DNA of 64,000 nucleotides from Akkermansiaceae bacterium. Its GTDB lineage: Bacteria > Verrucomicrobiota > Verrucomicrobiia > Verrucomicrobiales > Akkermansiaceae. This document shows, piece after piece, positions 8,896-19,111 of this stretch. Position numbers and translations under genes: made by a program. The DNA lies in the NCBI GenBank assembly GCA_015062055.1, contig SUVK01000001.1:40221-104220 (forward strand), given 5' to 3'. How positions within the stretch are numbered: position 1 is the stretch's first letter; the number at the start of each line of letters is the position of its first letter. The notes under the pieces are model-generated. The model was not told the DNA's origin, did no database searches, and was given only the letters and a program-made list of their open reading frames with translations.

Positions 8896-9873
8896 ATGAA
8901 AATAAAATCTGTAGCCATAGTCTTAATGGGAGGAGCCTCCATGCTGTTGAGCTCATGCGTGACGGATGCCGGTGTATGGGGCGCCTCTGTGTCGTATTCG
9001 ACGCCCGGGTTCAGTTCCTCTGTGGCGTGGACCAACGCGAGCTACGATGCGGATGGATTCCCGATATACGGGTATGCCTATGGTAGGCCGGTATACGGGT
9101 ACACCTCTGCCGGTGTTGCCATATACAGCATATCTGCACTTACGGCTTGGTGTTATGTGCCTAACTGGCGACCTGCACCATGGTACCATGGCCCGCACCA
9201 CCACCCGCACCATTGCCACCATGCACCCGCGCCGCCCAAGCATGACCACGGGCATCATCCCGGGCGTCGCCCCGAAGGAGGCCTGCATGCCCCGATTCAC
9301 AAAAACCCGTCATCCGTGTTGGGTAAACCCGTGGGACATAATGGCAGACCCTCGCACGGCTCAAATCATGTTTCGGCAGGTCGCCCGAACGGTAACCGCC
9401 CCGGTAATAATATGGTGAATCGCCCGAACGGTAACCGCCCCGGCAATAATATGGTGAATCGCCCGAACGGTAACCGCCCCGGCAATAATATGGTGAATCG
9501 CCCGAACGGTAATCGCCCCGGTAATAATATGGTGAATCGCCCGAACGGTAACCGCCCCGGTAATACTATGGTGAATCGCCCGAACGGCAACCGCCCCGGT
9601 AATAATATGGTGAATCGCCCGAACATGAGCCGCCCGAACAACAATGCCATAAGCCACCCGAGCAACAATGCCATGAGCCGCCCGAGTATGAGCCGCCCGA
9701 ACAACAATGCCATGAGTCGCCCGAGTATGAGCCGCCCGAACAACAATGCCATGAGTCGCCCGAGCATAAGCCGTCCGAGCAACAATGCCATGAGTCGCCC
9801 GAGTGGTCATTCCGGAGGACGTCCGAACATGGGAGGCGGTGGACGCTCCGGCGGTGGCGGACGCCATCGTTAA
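8896..9873 (+). CDS. Lipoprotein with His-rich segment and 13-aa Asn/Arg/Pro/Gly repeats
   Basis: SD aggag before ATG 8896; signal MKIKSVAIVLMGGASMLLSS-C; low-complexity C-half. Confidence 0.85.
   Translation: MKIKSVAIVLMGGASMLLSSCVTDAGVWGASVSYSTPGFSSSVAWTNASYDADGFPIYGYAYGRPVYGYTSAGVAIYSISALTAWCYVPNWRPAPWYHGPHHHPHHCHHAPAPPKHDHGHHPGRRPEGGLHAPIHKNPSSVLGKPVGHNGRPSHGSNHVSAGRPNGNRPGNNMVNRPNGNRPGNNMVNRPNGNRPGNNMVNRPNGNRPGNNMVNRPNGNRPGNTMVNRPNGNRPGNNMVNRPNMSRPNNNAISHPSNNAMSRPSMSRPNNNAMSRPSMSRPNNNAMSRPSISRPSNNAMSRPSGHSGGRPNMGGGGRSGGGGRHR
9382..9615 (+). repeat. 39-bp coding tandem repeat x6 (RPNGNRPGNNMVN)
   Basis: Units start at 9382, 9421, 9460, 9499, 9538 and 9577; diverged RPSMSRPNNNAMS units follow to about 9800. 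Confidence 0.95.
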
Positions 9874-9886
9874 ACAATAAATGGTA

Positions 9887-9933
9887 TTCATCTGCCGTTG
9901 CATAGAGAAAACTACCCTGCAACGGCAGATGAA
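9887..9933 (+). terminator. 16-bp perfect hairpin, probable terminator
   Basis: ttcatctgccgttgca / tgcaacggcagatgaa with a 15-nt loop. Confidence 0.6.
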
Positions 9934-10023
9934 ATTCGGGTGCAAAAAGCCCCCGACCCCAATATGGAAAAAAACATGATTTATGCTTGCAAAACGCAGG
10001 CAAATTTGATACCCTTTCTGCGT

Positions 10024-10878
10024 ATGAAGAAAACAATAGCAGCACTCGGCGTAGGTGCATCTTTGATGCTTGCACTCAGTTCTTGCACCGGCACAGACGT
10101 ATACGAGCCGACAAGTAATTACATGGTACCTGAAGGGGAAATCCCCATTTGGTTGCTCGAAGGTAGTGAAGACGAGCAGATTGCGGCAGAATCCACTTCT
10201 CAAAATCGTAACGATACATATATTCCTGACGAAACGGAGACTATGGCAAATGTGAATGCCGGTACTTCATCTCAGGTGCAGCCCGGCAATATTGCTCAGA
10301 ATCCTCCTCCCCCCACCGAGGATTTGCCCTTTATCGAAACTCCCCCCGTCAATACGCCGACGACCCCCGTTATAACGCCGGACCAAACGGCCATTGCCAC
10401 GGCAAATACGTCTAAACCCAAGACTCAGACCAAGCCCAAAACTCAGACGAAGACCCAGAAACCCAAGGGGAAAAAGCCTACTCAGAAGTTTACCGAGCCC
10501 ACCCTTATCACCTACACCGTGCGTAAGGGCGATAACCTGTACGACATTGCCAAGCGCAGTCGTACCACGGTTGCTCAGATTAAGCGTGACTCCGGTTTGA
10601 AGGGTGATACCATTTACCCCGGCCAAGTCATTAAGGTGTGCTATATCCCCAAAGACTATAAGCCCGGTAAGAAAAACGCTGCAACTGCCACGGCTAAGCC
10701 CCGCGTGCACGTAGTGGCCAAGGGTGAAACTATCTCCGGTATTGCTAAAAAGTACGGTGTGCCCTACACACAAATACTTAAAGCCAACAACTTGAGCTTG
10801 TCCGATGCTGCCAAGATTCGCCCCGGCAAGCGCTTGACCATACCGGCACCTGCTGCTAAAAACAACAAGAAGAAATAA
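10024..10878 (+). CDS. LysM-domain lipoprotein (2 LysM)
   Basis: Lipobox ALSS-C; YTVRKGDNLYDIAKR and HVVAKGETISGIAKKYGV. Confidence 0.9.
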   Translation: MKKTIAALGVGASLMLALSSCTGTDVYEPTSNYMVPEGEIPIWLLEGSEDEQIAAESTSQNRNDTYIPDETETMANVNAGTSSQVQPGNIAQNPPPPTEDLPFIETPPVNTPTTPVITPDQTAIATANTSKPKTQTKPKTQTKTQKPKGKKPTQKFTEPTLITYTVRKGDNLYDIAKRSRTTVAQIKRDSGLKGDTIYPGQVIKVCYIPKDYKPGKKNAATATAKPRVHVVAKGETISGIAKKYGVPYTQILKANNLSLSDAAKIRPGKRLTIPAPAAKNNKKK

Positions 10879-10914
10879 TTTGCAGTTCTCTTATACACCC
10901 ATTTGCTCAGACGT

Positions 10915-11619
10915 ATGAAAAACTCTCCTGCTTTGGTGTTAGCCGGTTGTTTCGGTGTAAGTGTATTGGCTTCGTGCTCTACCCAAGCCCCGAAGGTTGA
11001 TGTCGGCTGGGTAGGGGAGTACGTCTCTGCCCCGGAGAATGACACGGTGATTAACGAGAACGGCCAAAATTTGCCGCAGCTGTCAGCTCAGTCCGGCACC
11101 ACAACGCCGACAGCTGCAACATCAACTCCTTGGTCGGCCTTTATGGCACAAGTGCAGCGGCAACCGCAGCCCGACACGGCTCAGCCGAATCAACCTGTTT
11201 ACCAACCAACGCCTGCTGCTAATACCTATGTGGTAAGAACGGGGGATTCTCTCTCATCTATCGCAGCTCGGTATGGTGTCAGCGTAGGTACCCTCATCAA
11301 GCTCAATGGTATGGAAAATAATCCCAATGCCTTGTATGTGGGACAGGTGTTGCGCTTGCCCGGTAATGCTCCCGCGGCCACTCAGGCTCCACAGTATTCT
11401 GTGCCGACAGTGCCGCAGTATTCGGCTCCCGTGGCAAAGCCGGTGCCTTCTACACCTTCATACACAACATACACGGTTGCCCCCGGGGATACCTTGTCTG
11501 CCATAGCGCGTCGCCACGGTGTAACAATATCAGACCTCTTGAAGATTAATGGTATTACCCCCGATCAAGCGAACAAACTTCGCGTAGGTCAAACCTTAAA
11601 ACTGCCTCATAACAGATGA
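10915..11619 (+). CDS. LysM-domain lipoprotein (2 LysM)
   Basis: Lipobox VLAS-C; [18 protein letters not shown] and [18 protein letters not shown]. Confidence 0.9.
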   Translation: MKNSPALVLAGCFGVSVLASCSTQAPKVDVGWVGEYVSAPENDTVINENGQNLPQLSAQSGTTTPTAATSTPWSAFMAQVQRQPQPDTAQPNQPVYQPTPAANTYVVRTGDSLSSIAARYGVSVGTLIKLNGMENNPNALYVGQVLRLPGNAPAATQAPQYSVPTVPQYSAPVAKPVPSTPSYTTYTVAPGDTLSAIARRHGVTISDLLKINGITPDQANKLRVGQTLKLPHNR

Positions 11620-12548
11620 AGAAAAACCTCGTTATCGGTGTATCTGCCATACTGGCATCAGTGTTGGTATCGTGCGACCCATTAATTGGAGAATACTCCG
11701 GGGTTACGGTACACAATGCCCAGAACCCGCTGTTGAATACACCCTCGCTTTACGCTTCCACGGGTGGGATTAACCCTCTCGATATTCCCGGTAAAGACCA
11801 GCCCGGTTATGTTAATACGTTCCCGACGGGTACTTACGAGCACTTCGTTGCGCAGCCTGAGTACCCCAAAACCATTAAAAACTTCACCAACCCGGCCTTG
11901 TTGGCCCAAGCTACCCCGTATAATGCCAAAATCATTATCTGCTTGCCCCAACAGCGCGCCCGCATGTATGTAAACGGTGCCGTAGCCTACGACTGGCCCA
12001 TTTCTACCGGTACAGACGGCCACGAAACCCCCACGGGTACGTTCCGCATCCTTCAAAAGGAGAAAGACCATAAGTCTAACCGTTACGGCAAGTTCGTGAA
12101 GGATGGCAAGACGATAGATTCTAATGCCGATACCGCCAAGGGTATACCCGAGGGTGCCACCTTCCGCCCCGCCGGCATGCCCAACTGGAACCGCTTGACG
12201 TGGGACGGCGTCGGCATACACGGCGGTAAAGTAGTACCCGGCAGGCGTTTATCCCATGGTTGCATACGTACCCCGTACGATGTGGCGGCGGACTTGTATA
12301 AGTATACCGAGGTAGGCATGCCGGTTTACATAAGCTCGGGTATAGAAGACTACAACCGAGGCGGTGCCGTACGCCGCAGCGATGTGAAATACCGCCCGGG
12401 AGGTGATAATACCGACATGCCACAGGCACCCGTCCAAGGGCCGGCTCAACAGCCAACAGTTCAGCCTGCCGGTTATCCCAACGGATATTATAACAACGGA
12501 TATCCCACCGGGTACCCTGCTGTACAGCCTGTGTACCAATACCGCTGA
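11616..12548 (+). CDS. L,D-transpeptidase (YkuD family) lipoprotein
   Basis: Lipobox LVS-C; [12 protein letters not shown]; GIHGG...SHGCIR catalytic motif. Confidence 0.9.
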   Translation: MKKNLVIGVSAILASVLVSCDPLIGEYSGVTVHNAQNPLLNTPSLYASTGGINPLDIPGKDQPGYVNTFPTGTYEHFVAQPEYPKTIKNFTNPALLAQATPYNAKIIICLPQQRARMYVNGAVAYDWPISTGTDGHETPTGTFRILQKEKDHKSNRYGKFVKDGKTIDSNADTAKGIPEGATFRPAGMPNWNRLTWDGVGIHGGKVVPGRRLSHGCIRTPYDVAADLYKYTEVGMPVYISSGIEDYNRGGAVRRSDVKYRPGGDNTDMPQAPVQGPAQQPTVQPAGYPNGYYNNGYPTGYPAVQPVYQYR

Positions 12549-12626
12549 TTCAATAAACCCTCCAATTTTATTTTGGCAGAAGCGTAGCTGTTATTTTTAC
12601 CTTGCGCTTCTGCCATTATTTTTACC

Positions 12627-13064
12627 ATGACACCACGAACCCTACGCGCCGCCAACTCAGGTTTTTATATCGGTTGTATCGTTTTTATCATTTTTGCCTG
12701 TGTCTACACCGTCATCACCCGAGACCTCAGCCTGTGGGCAATAGGGACTATTGCCATAGTCGGTATCGCTGCAACCGTGTGGGGCGGGTATTATGCCACG
12801 ATTCGTTATATAGTGGATGAAGAGCGGGTTACTCGTAAAACTTTGTTCGGCTCAATTTCTGTGCGCTGGGCAGAAGCAATAGAGCTCTCTTGCACAGAAA
12901 CCGAGTCCGGCGGCGTCGCTTCTTGCCAAATTACCATTCAAACCTCGGTTGCTATGATGGTGCTGAGCAGTGAGCTTCTGGGGCTTGATGATATGCAGAC
13001 TCTTGCGGCCGATTTGAGGCAATCTGCCTTGCTAAAAGATGAAAAAATGACTCAAAATGGCTAA
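12627..13064 (+). CDS. Hypothetical membrane protein (2 TM plus possible PH-like domain)
   Basis: Two hydrophobic helices followed by a beta-rich segment. Confidence 0.6.
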   Translation: MTPRTLRAANSGFYIGCIVFIIFACVYTVITRDLSLWAIGTIAIVGIAATVWGGYYATIRYIVDEERVTRKTLFGSISVRWAEAIELSCTETESGGVASCQITIQTSVAMMVLSSELLGLDDMQTLAADLRQSALLKDEKMTQNG

Positions 13065-13187
13065 TGGTTATCATTTTTTTGAAAAAAAGTCTTTTCAAAT
13101 CAAATCTTTTTGATATAATCCGCGCGCTGACCCGCGGAGGAGGCCTGAAAAATCGGCCATAACGCGGAACCCAGTGGCACAAATAAT

Positions 13188-14546
13188 ATGACTGATTACA
13201 CTACACGAGTGCTGGAGCATGTTCGGACCAAAAACGCTGCCGAACCCGAGTTCCTGCAAGCTGTGCAAGAGGTGATCTCCACCATCACCCCTGTGCTTTC
13301 CGCTAATAAGAAATACGAAGACAATTGCATTCTCGAGCGTATTACGGAGCCTGAGCGTACCATCATTTTCCGTGTACCGTGGATGGATGATAATGGAAAG
13401 ATTCACGTTAACCGTGGTTATCGTGTACAGTTCAACAGCGCCATCGGACCGTATAAGGGCGGTATTCGTTTCCACCCGTCCGTAAACTTGGGTATTCTCA
13501 AGTTCCTCGGTTTCGAGCAGGTGTTCAAAAACTCTCTCACCACGCTCGCCATGGGTGGTGGTAAGGGCGGTGCGGATTTTGACCCCAAGGGCAAGAGCAG
13601 TGCAGAGGTAATGCGCTTCTGCCAGAGCTTTATGACCGAGCTGCAGCGCCACATCGGTGCAGATACCGACGTGCCTGCCGGCGATATCGGTGTAGGCGGT
13701 CGCGAAATCGGCTTCATGTATGGCCAGTACAAGCGCTTGCGCAATGAGTTTACGGGCGTGCTTACCGGTAAAGCCCTCAACTGGGGCGGTTCCCTCATTC
13801 GCCCCGAGGCCACGGGCTACGGTTGCGTATACTTTGCCCAAAATATGCTTGCCACCAAAAACGATGACCTGCAAGGCAAAGTTTGCGTGGTCTCCGGTTC
13901 CGGTAACGTGGCACAGTACTTGGTACAAAAGCTCAATCAGCTTGGTGCCAAGGTTGTTACCATGTCAGACTCCAACGGCTACGTGTTCGACCCCGAGGGC
14001 ATCAGCGAAGAAAAACTCGCATGGATTATGGAGCTCAAGAACGAGCGCCGCGGCCGTATCAAGGAGTATGCAGATGCCTTCTCCGGTGTGCAGTACTTTG
14101 CCGGCCAGCGCCCTTGGAGCGTGCCCTGCGACTGCGCTTTCCCCTGCGCTACGCAAAACGAAATCAACGGCGAAGAAGCTGCAACCCTCATCAAAAACGG
14201 CTGTATGCTCGTGGCTGAAGGTGCCAACATGCCCACCGATTTGGACGGCATCAATGCCTACCTCGCTGCCAAGATTCTTTACGGCCCTGCCAAGGCAGCC
14301 AATGCCGGCGGCGTGGCTACCTCCGGCCTCGAAATGTCTCAGAACAGCATGCGCCTTAAGTGGACCGCTGAAGAGGTGGACGCCAAGCTCCACAGCATTA
14401 TGAGCGACATTCACGAAAACGCATATAACCATGCTCGCGAGTACTCCCCCGACTCCACGGGTGATTACACCAACTACGTTGCCGGCGCCAACATCGCCGC
14501 TTTCGTCAAGGTGGCCGATGCCATGATTGACCAAGGCCTTGTTTGA
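13188..14546 (+). CDS. gdhA: NADP-specific glutamate dehydrogenase
   Basis: GPYKGGIRFH, GGGKGG, DVPAGDIGVG, SGSGNVA, KAANAGGVATS. Confidence 0.97.
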   Translation: MTDYTTRVLEHVRTKNAAEPEFLQAVQEVISTITPVLSANKKYEDNCILERITEPERTIIFRVPWMDDNGKIHVNRGYRVQFNSAIGPYKGGIRFHPSVNLGILKFLGFEQVFKNSLTTLAMGGGKGGADFDPKGKSSAEVMRFCQSFMTELQRHIGADTDVPAGDIGVGGREIGFMYGQYKRLRNEFTGVLTGKALNWGGSLIRPEATGYGCVYFAQNMLATKNDDLQGKVCVVSGSGNVAQYLVQKLNQLGAKVVTMSDSNGYVFDPEGISEEKLAWIMELKNERRGRIKEYADAFSGVQYFAGQRPWSVPCDCAFPCATQNEINGEEAATLIKNGCMLVAEGANMPTDLDGINAYLAAKILYGPAKAANAGGVATSGLEMSQNSMRLKWTAEEVDAKLHSIMSDIHENAYNHAREYSPDSTGDYTNYVAGANIAAFVKVADAMIDQGLV

Positions 14547-14572
14547 TGCCGTGCCTTTTTCCTCGCACTCTT

Positions 14573-14604
14573 GCCCCCGTACCGACGCATCGGCACGGGG
14601 GCTT
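14573..14604 (+). terminator. Terminator after gdhA
   Basis: gcccccgt..acgggggc hairpin. Confidence 0.6.
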
Positions 14605-14814
14605 GTCCGTTTATTTAGGCGCGGTTAATGAAATTATGCGACAAAAATGGGCCGAAATGCCGGAGACCGACCCGCTGCAAGTCGCTTGAAACGTCACTTT
14701 TATAAAGAAAATTGATAAAAAAAGCAAATAAATTTCGGATTCGGCTTGCCTAATTGTTACATGTGTGGTACAGTTCGCCACCGCACCTCTCATCCAATTA
14801 TCATTACTCTCACA

Positions 14815-15348
14815 ATGATTCGGTTTTTAACAGTACTTATGCTCATGGTGATGCTGATATCCCAACCCGGGTGCCAGCAGCAACACCAATTGCAGCAAAA
14901 TGCCTCTACCCCGGAGTACCGGTATAAAGAAGGCTACACCGCGTATATGCGCGGGAATAAGGCTGTGGCGCCCTCTAAGGCTCCCAAGCAAATTAAAAGA
15001 CTCATTGCAGCAGGCAACAAGATTGTACATTGTCCCTACCGCCGAGGTGGTGGTCATGGCAGACATGTCGATACCGCATATGATTGCTCCGGTTCGGTCG
15101 GCTTCGTTTTGCGAGAGGCCGGCATGATGGGGCGTGTGCAATACCGCACCAGCCGCCAGTTTTTGAGCTGGGGGCATCCCGGCTATGGTAAATGGCTTAC
15201 CGTATACACCAAGCGTGGTCATGTATTCTTGGTGGTGGCCGGGTTGCGTTTCGACACCTATGGCACCGGCAATGGTGTCGGGCCGCGTTGGTACACCAAA
15301 TCCCGCAAGTGCGCCGGTTTCTACGTGCGCCACGTACCGGGTTTCTGA
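14815..15348 (+). CDS. NlpC/P60-like peptidoglycan endopeptidase lipoprotein
   Basis: Signal with PGC; PYRRGGGH, YDCSGSV, GHVFLVV. Confidence 0.8.
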   Translation: MIRFLTVLMLMVMLISQPGCQQQHQLQQNASTPEYRYKEGYTAYMRGNKAVAPSKAPKQIKRLIAAGNKIVHCPYRRGGGHGRHVDTAYDCSGSVGFVLREAGMMGRVQYRTSRQFLSWGHPGYGKWLTVYTKRGHVFLVVAGLRFDTYGTGNGVGPRWYTKSRKCAGFYVRHVPGF

Positions 15349-15379
15349 TGGCTTTCTTAATTTAACCATATCCTTAAAG

Positions 15380-15706
15380 ATGAACGAACAAAACGAACGT
15401 AATCACGGCCCCCAGCGTATAGATGATATCATGCTTGCTTGGGGGCTGGATAACCACGACCTTGTAGACGTATCTCTCGAGCAGCTTACCCACAAACAAG
15501 TGCAAAAAGCACGCGCAGGCCGCCAGCTTACCCTCAAAATGATGCAAAAGGTAGCCCGCGCCCTCAACGTAGCCATTTGGAACCGCCTGCCCGAAGAACA
15601 CCGCGAGGTCTACTACGAATATATTCACAGAGACCTCTTCTCTTACGCCAAAGGTTACTCCGCCGATTGGGCAGACCCCAACGCGCCCTTAGTGCCCCGC
15701 GATTGA
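15380..15706 (+). CDS. Hypothetical protein, possible HTH
   Basis: 108-aa ORF filling the gap before xseA; LTHKQVQKARAGRQLT resembles an XRE-type helix pair. Confidence 0.65.
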   Translation: MNEQNERNHGPQRIDDIMLAWGLDNHDLVDVSLEQLTHKQVQKARAGRQLTLKMMQKVARALNVAIWNRLPEEHREVYYEYIHRDLFSYAKGYSADWADPNAPLVPRD

Positions 15707-15715
15707 TAACGCAGC

Positions 15716-17038
15716 ATGCCGCTGAGTGTCACAGAAATCGTATCTCGCCTCAAATCTGCCGTAGAATACGGCGTGGGCGAGCAGTGCGTGATCGGCGAAA
15801 TTGGCTCCTGCAAAATGGCGGGTAGTGGTCATACCTACTTTACCTTGAAAGACGCATCTGCCCAGTTGCAGTGCGTCTTTTACCGTTATCAGGCCATGTA
15901 CAGTCGCGTGCGCCTGCGCGAAGGTATGCAGGTGGAAATTACCGGTAAACCTACCGTGTGGGAGGGCCGCGGCAGCTTGCAATTTGTGGTCAGCTCCGTC
16001 AAAGAAGCAGGCTTGGGCTCTTTGCAACAACAGTTCGAGGCCCTCAAACGTAAACTCGAGGCCGAGGGCCTTTTCTCCCCCTCGCGTAAAAAGCCCTTGC
16101 CGCCATTCCCCAAAAGCGTCGGCCTTATCACCTCGGCCACCGGGGCCGTTATTCAAGATATGCGCCATCGGCTGCAGGAGCGCGCCCCGTGGATGCTCGC
16201 CTACCTTTACCCCGTGCAAGTGCAGGGCAGGGGGGCAGAGCTGGGAATTGCCCGTGCCATCGAGCAATGGAACCACCCTGCTCAGAACAAATTGCCACAG
16301 GTCGACTACCTCATCATTGCCCGTGGCGGTGGCTCGCTAGAAGACCTTTGGTGCTTTAACGAAGAAGTGTTGGCGCGCACTATTGCCGCCAGCCGTTTGC
16401 CGGTGGTTTCTGCTGTAGGGCACGAGACTGACTTTACCATTGCTGATTTTGTGGCAGACCTCCGCGCCCCTACACCTACTGCAGCCATCGAGTTGACAAC
16501 CCCCGACTCTGCCGAACTTGCAGCCAACTTGCAACAGCAAGAAAATGCGCTTAAACGCGCCTGTACCCGCGCTTTGGAGCACGCGCGCCTGCGCCTGCGC
16601 CTGGCAGAGCAGGGGCCCTTGCGCCATCCCCTTAATACCTTGGCCCCCTTCGCTCAGCGCTTGGATGTTTTTGAGGAAGACTTGCACCGTGCCTGCCGAG
16701 AGCACCACGCTACCGCTTCTGCCCGCCTGCAGGTATTGGCCGCGCGTGTATCACCACGCGCGCTCTATGCTCGTCTACAATCTGCTCACCATTCGTTGGA
16801 TGCTGCCATGGCTCGCATTTCTTCCGCTGCTTCCCGCAAAATAGAATCCGCCCGCGCCGCCCTCCAACTACAAGAGACCGGCTTGCGCGCTGCCAGCCCA
16901 CAACATGCACTCGACCGCGGCTTTGCCCTCGTTCGTATGCCCGATGGCTCGCTTGCCCGAGATGCTGCCCGGCTGCCCCACGGCACACCTCTGCATATTA
17001 CGCTCTCCCATGGCGAGGTTGAGGCTGAGGTGAAGTAG
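15716..17038 (+). CDS. xseA: Exodeoxyribonuclease VII large subunit
   Basis: GHTYFTLKD, GLITSATGAVIQD, RGGGSLEDLWCFNEE, GHETDFT, PTPTAA. Confidence 0.96.
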   Translation: MPLSVTEIVSRLKSAVEYGVGEQCVIGEIGSCKMAGSGHTYFTLKDASAQLQCVFYRYQAMYSRVRLREGMQVEITGKPTVWEGRGSLQFVVSSVKEAGLGSLQQQFEALKRKLEAEGLFSPSRKKPLPPFPKSVGLITSATGAVIQDMRHRLQERAPWMLAYLYPVQVQGRGAELGIARAIEQWNHPAQNKLPQVDYLIIARGGGSLEDLWCFNEEVLARTIAASRLPVVSAVGHETDFTIADFVADLRAPTPTAAIELTTPDSAELAANLQQQENALKRACTRALEHARLRLRLAEQGPLRHPLNTLAPFAQRLDVFEEDLHRACREHHATASARLQVLAARVSPRALYARLQSAHHSLDAAMARISSAASRKIESARAALQLQETGLRAASPQHALDRGFALVRMPDGSLARDAARLPHGTPLHITLSHGEVEAEVK

Positions 17039-17174
17039 ACGTTTGATGTTGGTGCTACGCGTTTGGAGCTGTGGTTAAGTTACTGCTTTTTGCGGTGATT
17101 GTTAATCCTAATTTTTTGGAGATTTTTCCGCTACGGCGGGGCAGCCTCCCTTTTTTATTTCGTTGTAACGCAAT

Positions 17175-17213
17175 AAAAAAGTTGGCTTGGCAAACCTGAA
17201 GGCTTGCCAAGCC
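17175..17213 (-). terminator. tmRNA terminator
   Basis: ggcttggcaa/ttgccaagcc stem followed on the minus strand by a T-run. Confidence 0.65.
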
Positions 17214-17241
17214 GAAGTTTTTTCTCCGAAAAAACGGAGGC

Positions 17242-17602
17242 TGGAGGCGAGGGGAATTGAACCCCTGTCCTGGACACTTTTAACGTAAGCATCTCCATGT
17301 TCAGACGCAGATTTGCTGCTCTCGCCGGCGGTCCGCTCTGCGTCAGCCTTCCGCCATAGCCAGGAACCTGTGGGTGTCATATACGGCGCGGTTCCCCCGC
17401 CGTATACCTGCCTACTAAAGCTATTGACCGTCCTCCCCAGTAGGCGTCAGGAATCCGGTCTAGGCGCTAATCTTAAGCAGCCATTGCGTATTCGTTATTG
17501 GAATAGGCATTTAATTGTTTGAGCGGCTTTTAAGGAGGCCAGCCGATCAACCTCCACATGCAGCCGACGTCTCGAATGTTCAGTCGAAACCGGGACGCCC
17601 CC
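17242..17602 (-). ncRNA. ssrA: tmRNA (tag AYSNNEYAMAA at 17508-17473)
   Basis: 5' GGGGGCG pairs with 3' CGCCTCC-A giving G3:U70; T-arm GGTTCAATTCCCC; internal ORF ending ALA-ALA-like (AMAA) then TAA; 361 nt. Confidence 0.95.
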
Positions 17603-17712
17603 ATGATGTAAGGTGGTGTAGCCGTGAGGTACACACAGAGTATAGAGTCAAAAAAAGCCGGGTTTGTTCAAACACCCGGTATTTTTTTGTGGCTCTGAGC
17701 CAATTTAAGGAG

Positions 17713-17786
17713 CACGCCCGCAGGGATTCGAACCCCAAACCTTCTGATCCGTAGTCAGATGCTCTATCCAATTGAGCTACGGGCGC
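17713..17786 (-). tRNA. tRNA-Arg(ACG)
   Basis: GCGCCCGTAGCTCAATTGGATAGAGCATCTGACTACGGATCAGA...GGTTCGAATCC. Confidence 0.96.
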
Positions 17787-17886
17787 ATTGCCTTGTTTGG
17801 TTGCCGCTGTTGCGGTACGCAAATTATACACGTTTGGCAGCGAATGTCAATATTAATTTTGTATTTTTTTTCAAAAAAGCAAAATT

Positions 17887-19083
17887 TTAACTTAATCTGC
17901 GTTCAAAATCGGCATAATCGAGGGCACAAACGGTGCGAAGCTGCCCATTTTCGTGCAAAATTTGCACAGAGGGGTGGGGTACACCGTTAAAGTGAGTGGT
18001 TTTGACGATGGTGTAATGGGTCATATCGTCAAAGAGGAGCTCGTCGCCCACTTGCAGCGGGGTGTCGAAAGAGAAATCGCCGATGATATCTCCGGCCAGG
18101 CAGGTGGGAGCACCCAAGCGGTAGGTGTGCGGGCGTTCGCCTGCTTCGCCGGCGGGGGCATAGCTTTCGCCTTGTAGGCACAGGGCCGGTGTGCCGGTGG
18201 CTTCTTCTGCCGGGCGTACGGCGTATACATCGGGTCTGTATGGCATTTCGAGCACATCGGGCATGTGGGCGCTGGCGCTTACATCCAAGATGGCGTGCCG
18301 GTAACCCAGCGAGTCAAAAATGTCTAGCACAACAGCCTTGAGTACACCTGTGTGCACACACCAAGCCTCGCCCGGCTCGAGAAACACTTCTACGTTGTAA
18401 CATTCGTGTATTTCTTTGAGCAGGGCAACCAAGGCGGCTCGGTCGTAATTCGGTTTGGTTATCCAGTGGCCGCCCCCCATGTTCAGGTATTTGATGCGTG
18501 GGGAGGCGAGCAAGGCCCCGAAACTTTTTTCGAAGGCACGGAACGTGTCGATGAGCTCTTGCGCACCCTGCTCGCAGAGGGTGTGAAAATGCAACCCCGA
18601 GATACCGGAGAGGTCTACGCCTTCCAGTTCTGCTGCCGGAATCCCCAAGCGTGAGCCGGGTATACAGGGGTCGTACAAAGGTGTGTGGCCGGTGGAGTAA
18701 CAGGGGTTGATGCGTAGCCCGAACTGCAGCTCGCCGCGTTGCGCGCGTGGGTGGTTCAGGCATTGCTCACGGTAGCGTTGCCATTGCGGTATGCTGTTAA
18801 AGTCTATGTGGTGAGCAAACTCTAACAGCTCTGTGAGCTCGGCGTCTCGGTATGCCGGGGAATACACGGCCACATGCCCCCCCATGTGGCGCGCTGCCAA
18901 GCGTGCCTCGTATAACCCCGATGCGCAGCACCCGGCGGCATATGGGCGTATGGCCTCAAAACAACTTGTCGTAGAAAACGCTTTGAGCGCCAGCAACATG
19001 TGAGCGCTCCCGGCTTGGGCTACCTCGTGCAGAAGTTTTGCGTTGCGTTGTAAAGCCTCGCGAGATATGATAAATGATGCCAC
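17887..19083 (-). CDS. nspC: Carboxynorspermidine decarboxylase
   Basis: LLALKAF (PLP Lys), GLRINP, YDPC..GSRLG, GLHFHTLCEQ, DVLEMPYRP, YTIVKTTHFNG; start (GTG) uncertain. Confidence 0.92.
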   Translation of the reverse strand: MASFIISREALQRNAKLLHEVAQAGSAHMLLALKAFSTTSCFEAIRPYAAGCCASGLYEARLAARHMGGHVAVYSPAYRDAELTELLEFAHHIDFNSIPQWQRYREQCLNHPRAQRGELQFGLRINPCYSTGHTPLYDPCIPGSRLGIPAAELEGVDLSGISGLHFHTLCEQGAQELIDTFRAFEKSFGALLASPRIKYLNMGGGHWITKPNYDRAALVALLKEIHECYNVEVFLEPGEAWCVHTGVLKAVVLDIFDSLGYRHAILDVSASAHMPDVLEMPYRPDVYAVRPAEEATGTPALCLQGESYAPAGEAGERPHTYRLGAPTCLAGDIIGDFSFDTPLQVGDELLFDDMTHYTIVKTTHFNGVPHPSVQILHENGQLRTVCALDYADFERRLS

Positions 19084-19111
19084 GGTGTTATAAGAGGTGG
19101 TCTGTTAGAGT

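Noticed and set aside
9382-9800. 39-bp repeats as a CRISPR array
   Set aside because: Units are contiguous with no spacers, in frame within a lipoprotein, and there are no cas genes.
13095-13928. Long antisense ORF opposite gdhA
   Set aside because: Shadow of biased codon usage in a highly expressed gene; no motifs.
17242-17786. tmRNA/tRNA loci as island integration sites (also 8569, 21429, 36847)
   Set aside because: No adjacent integrase and no duplicated 3' ends seen by eye.
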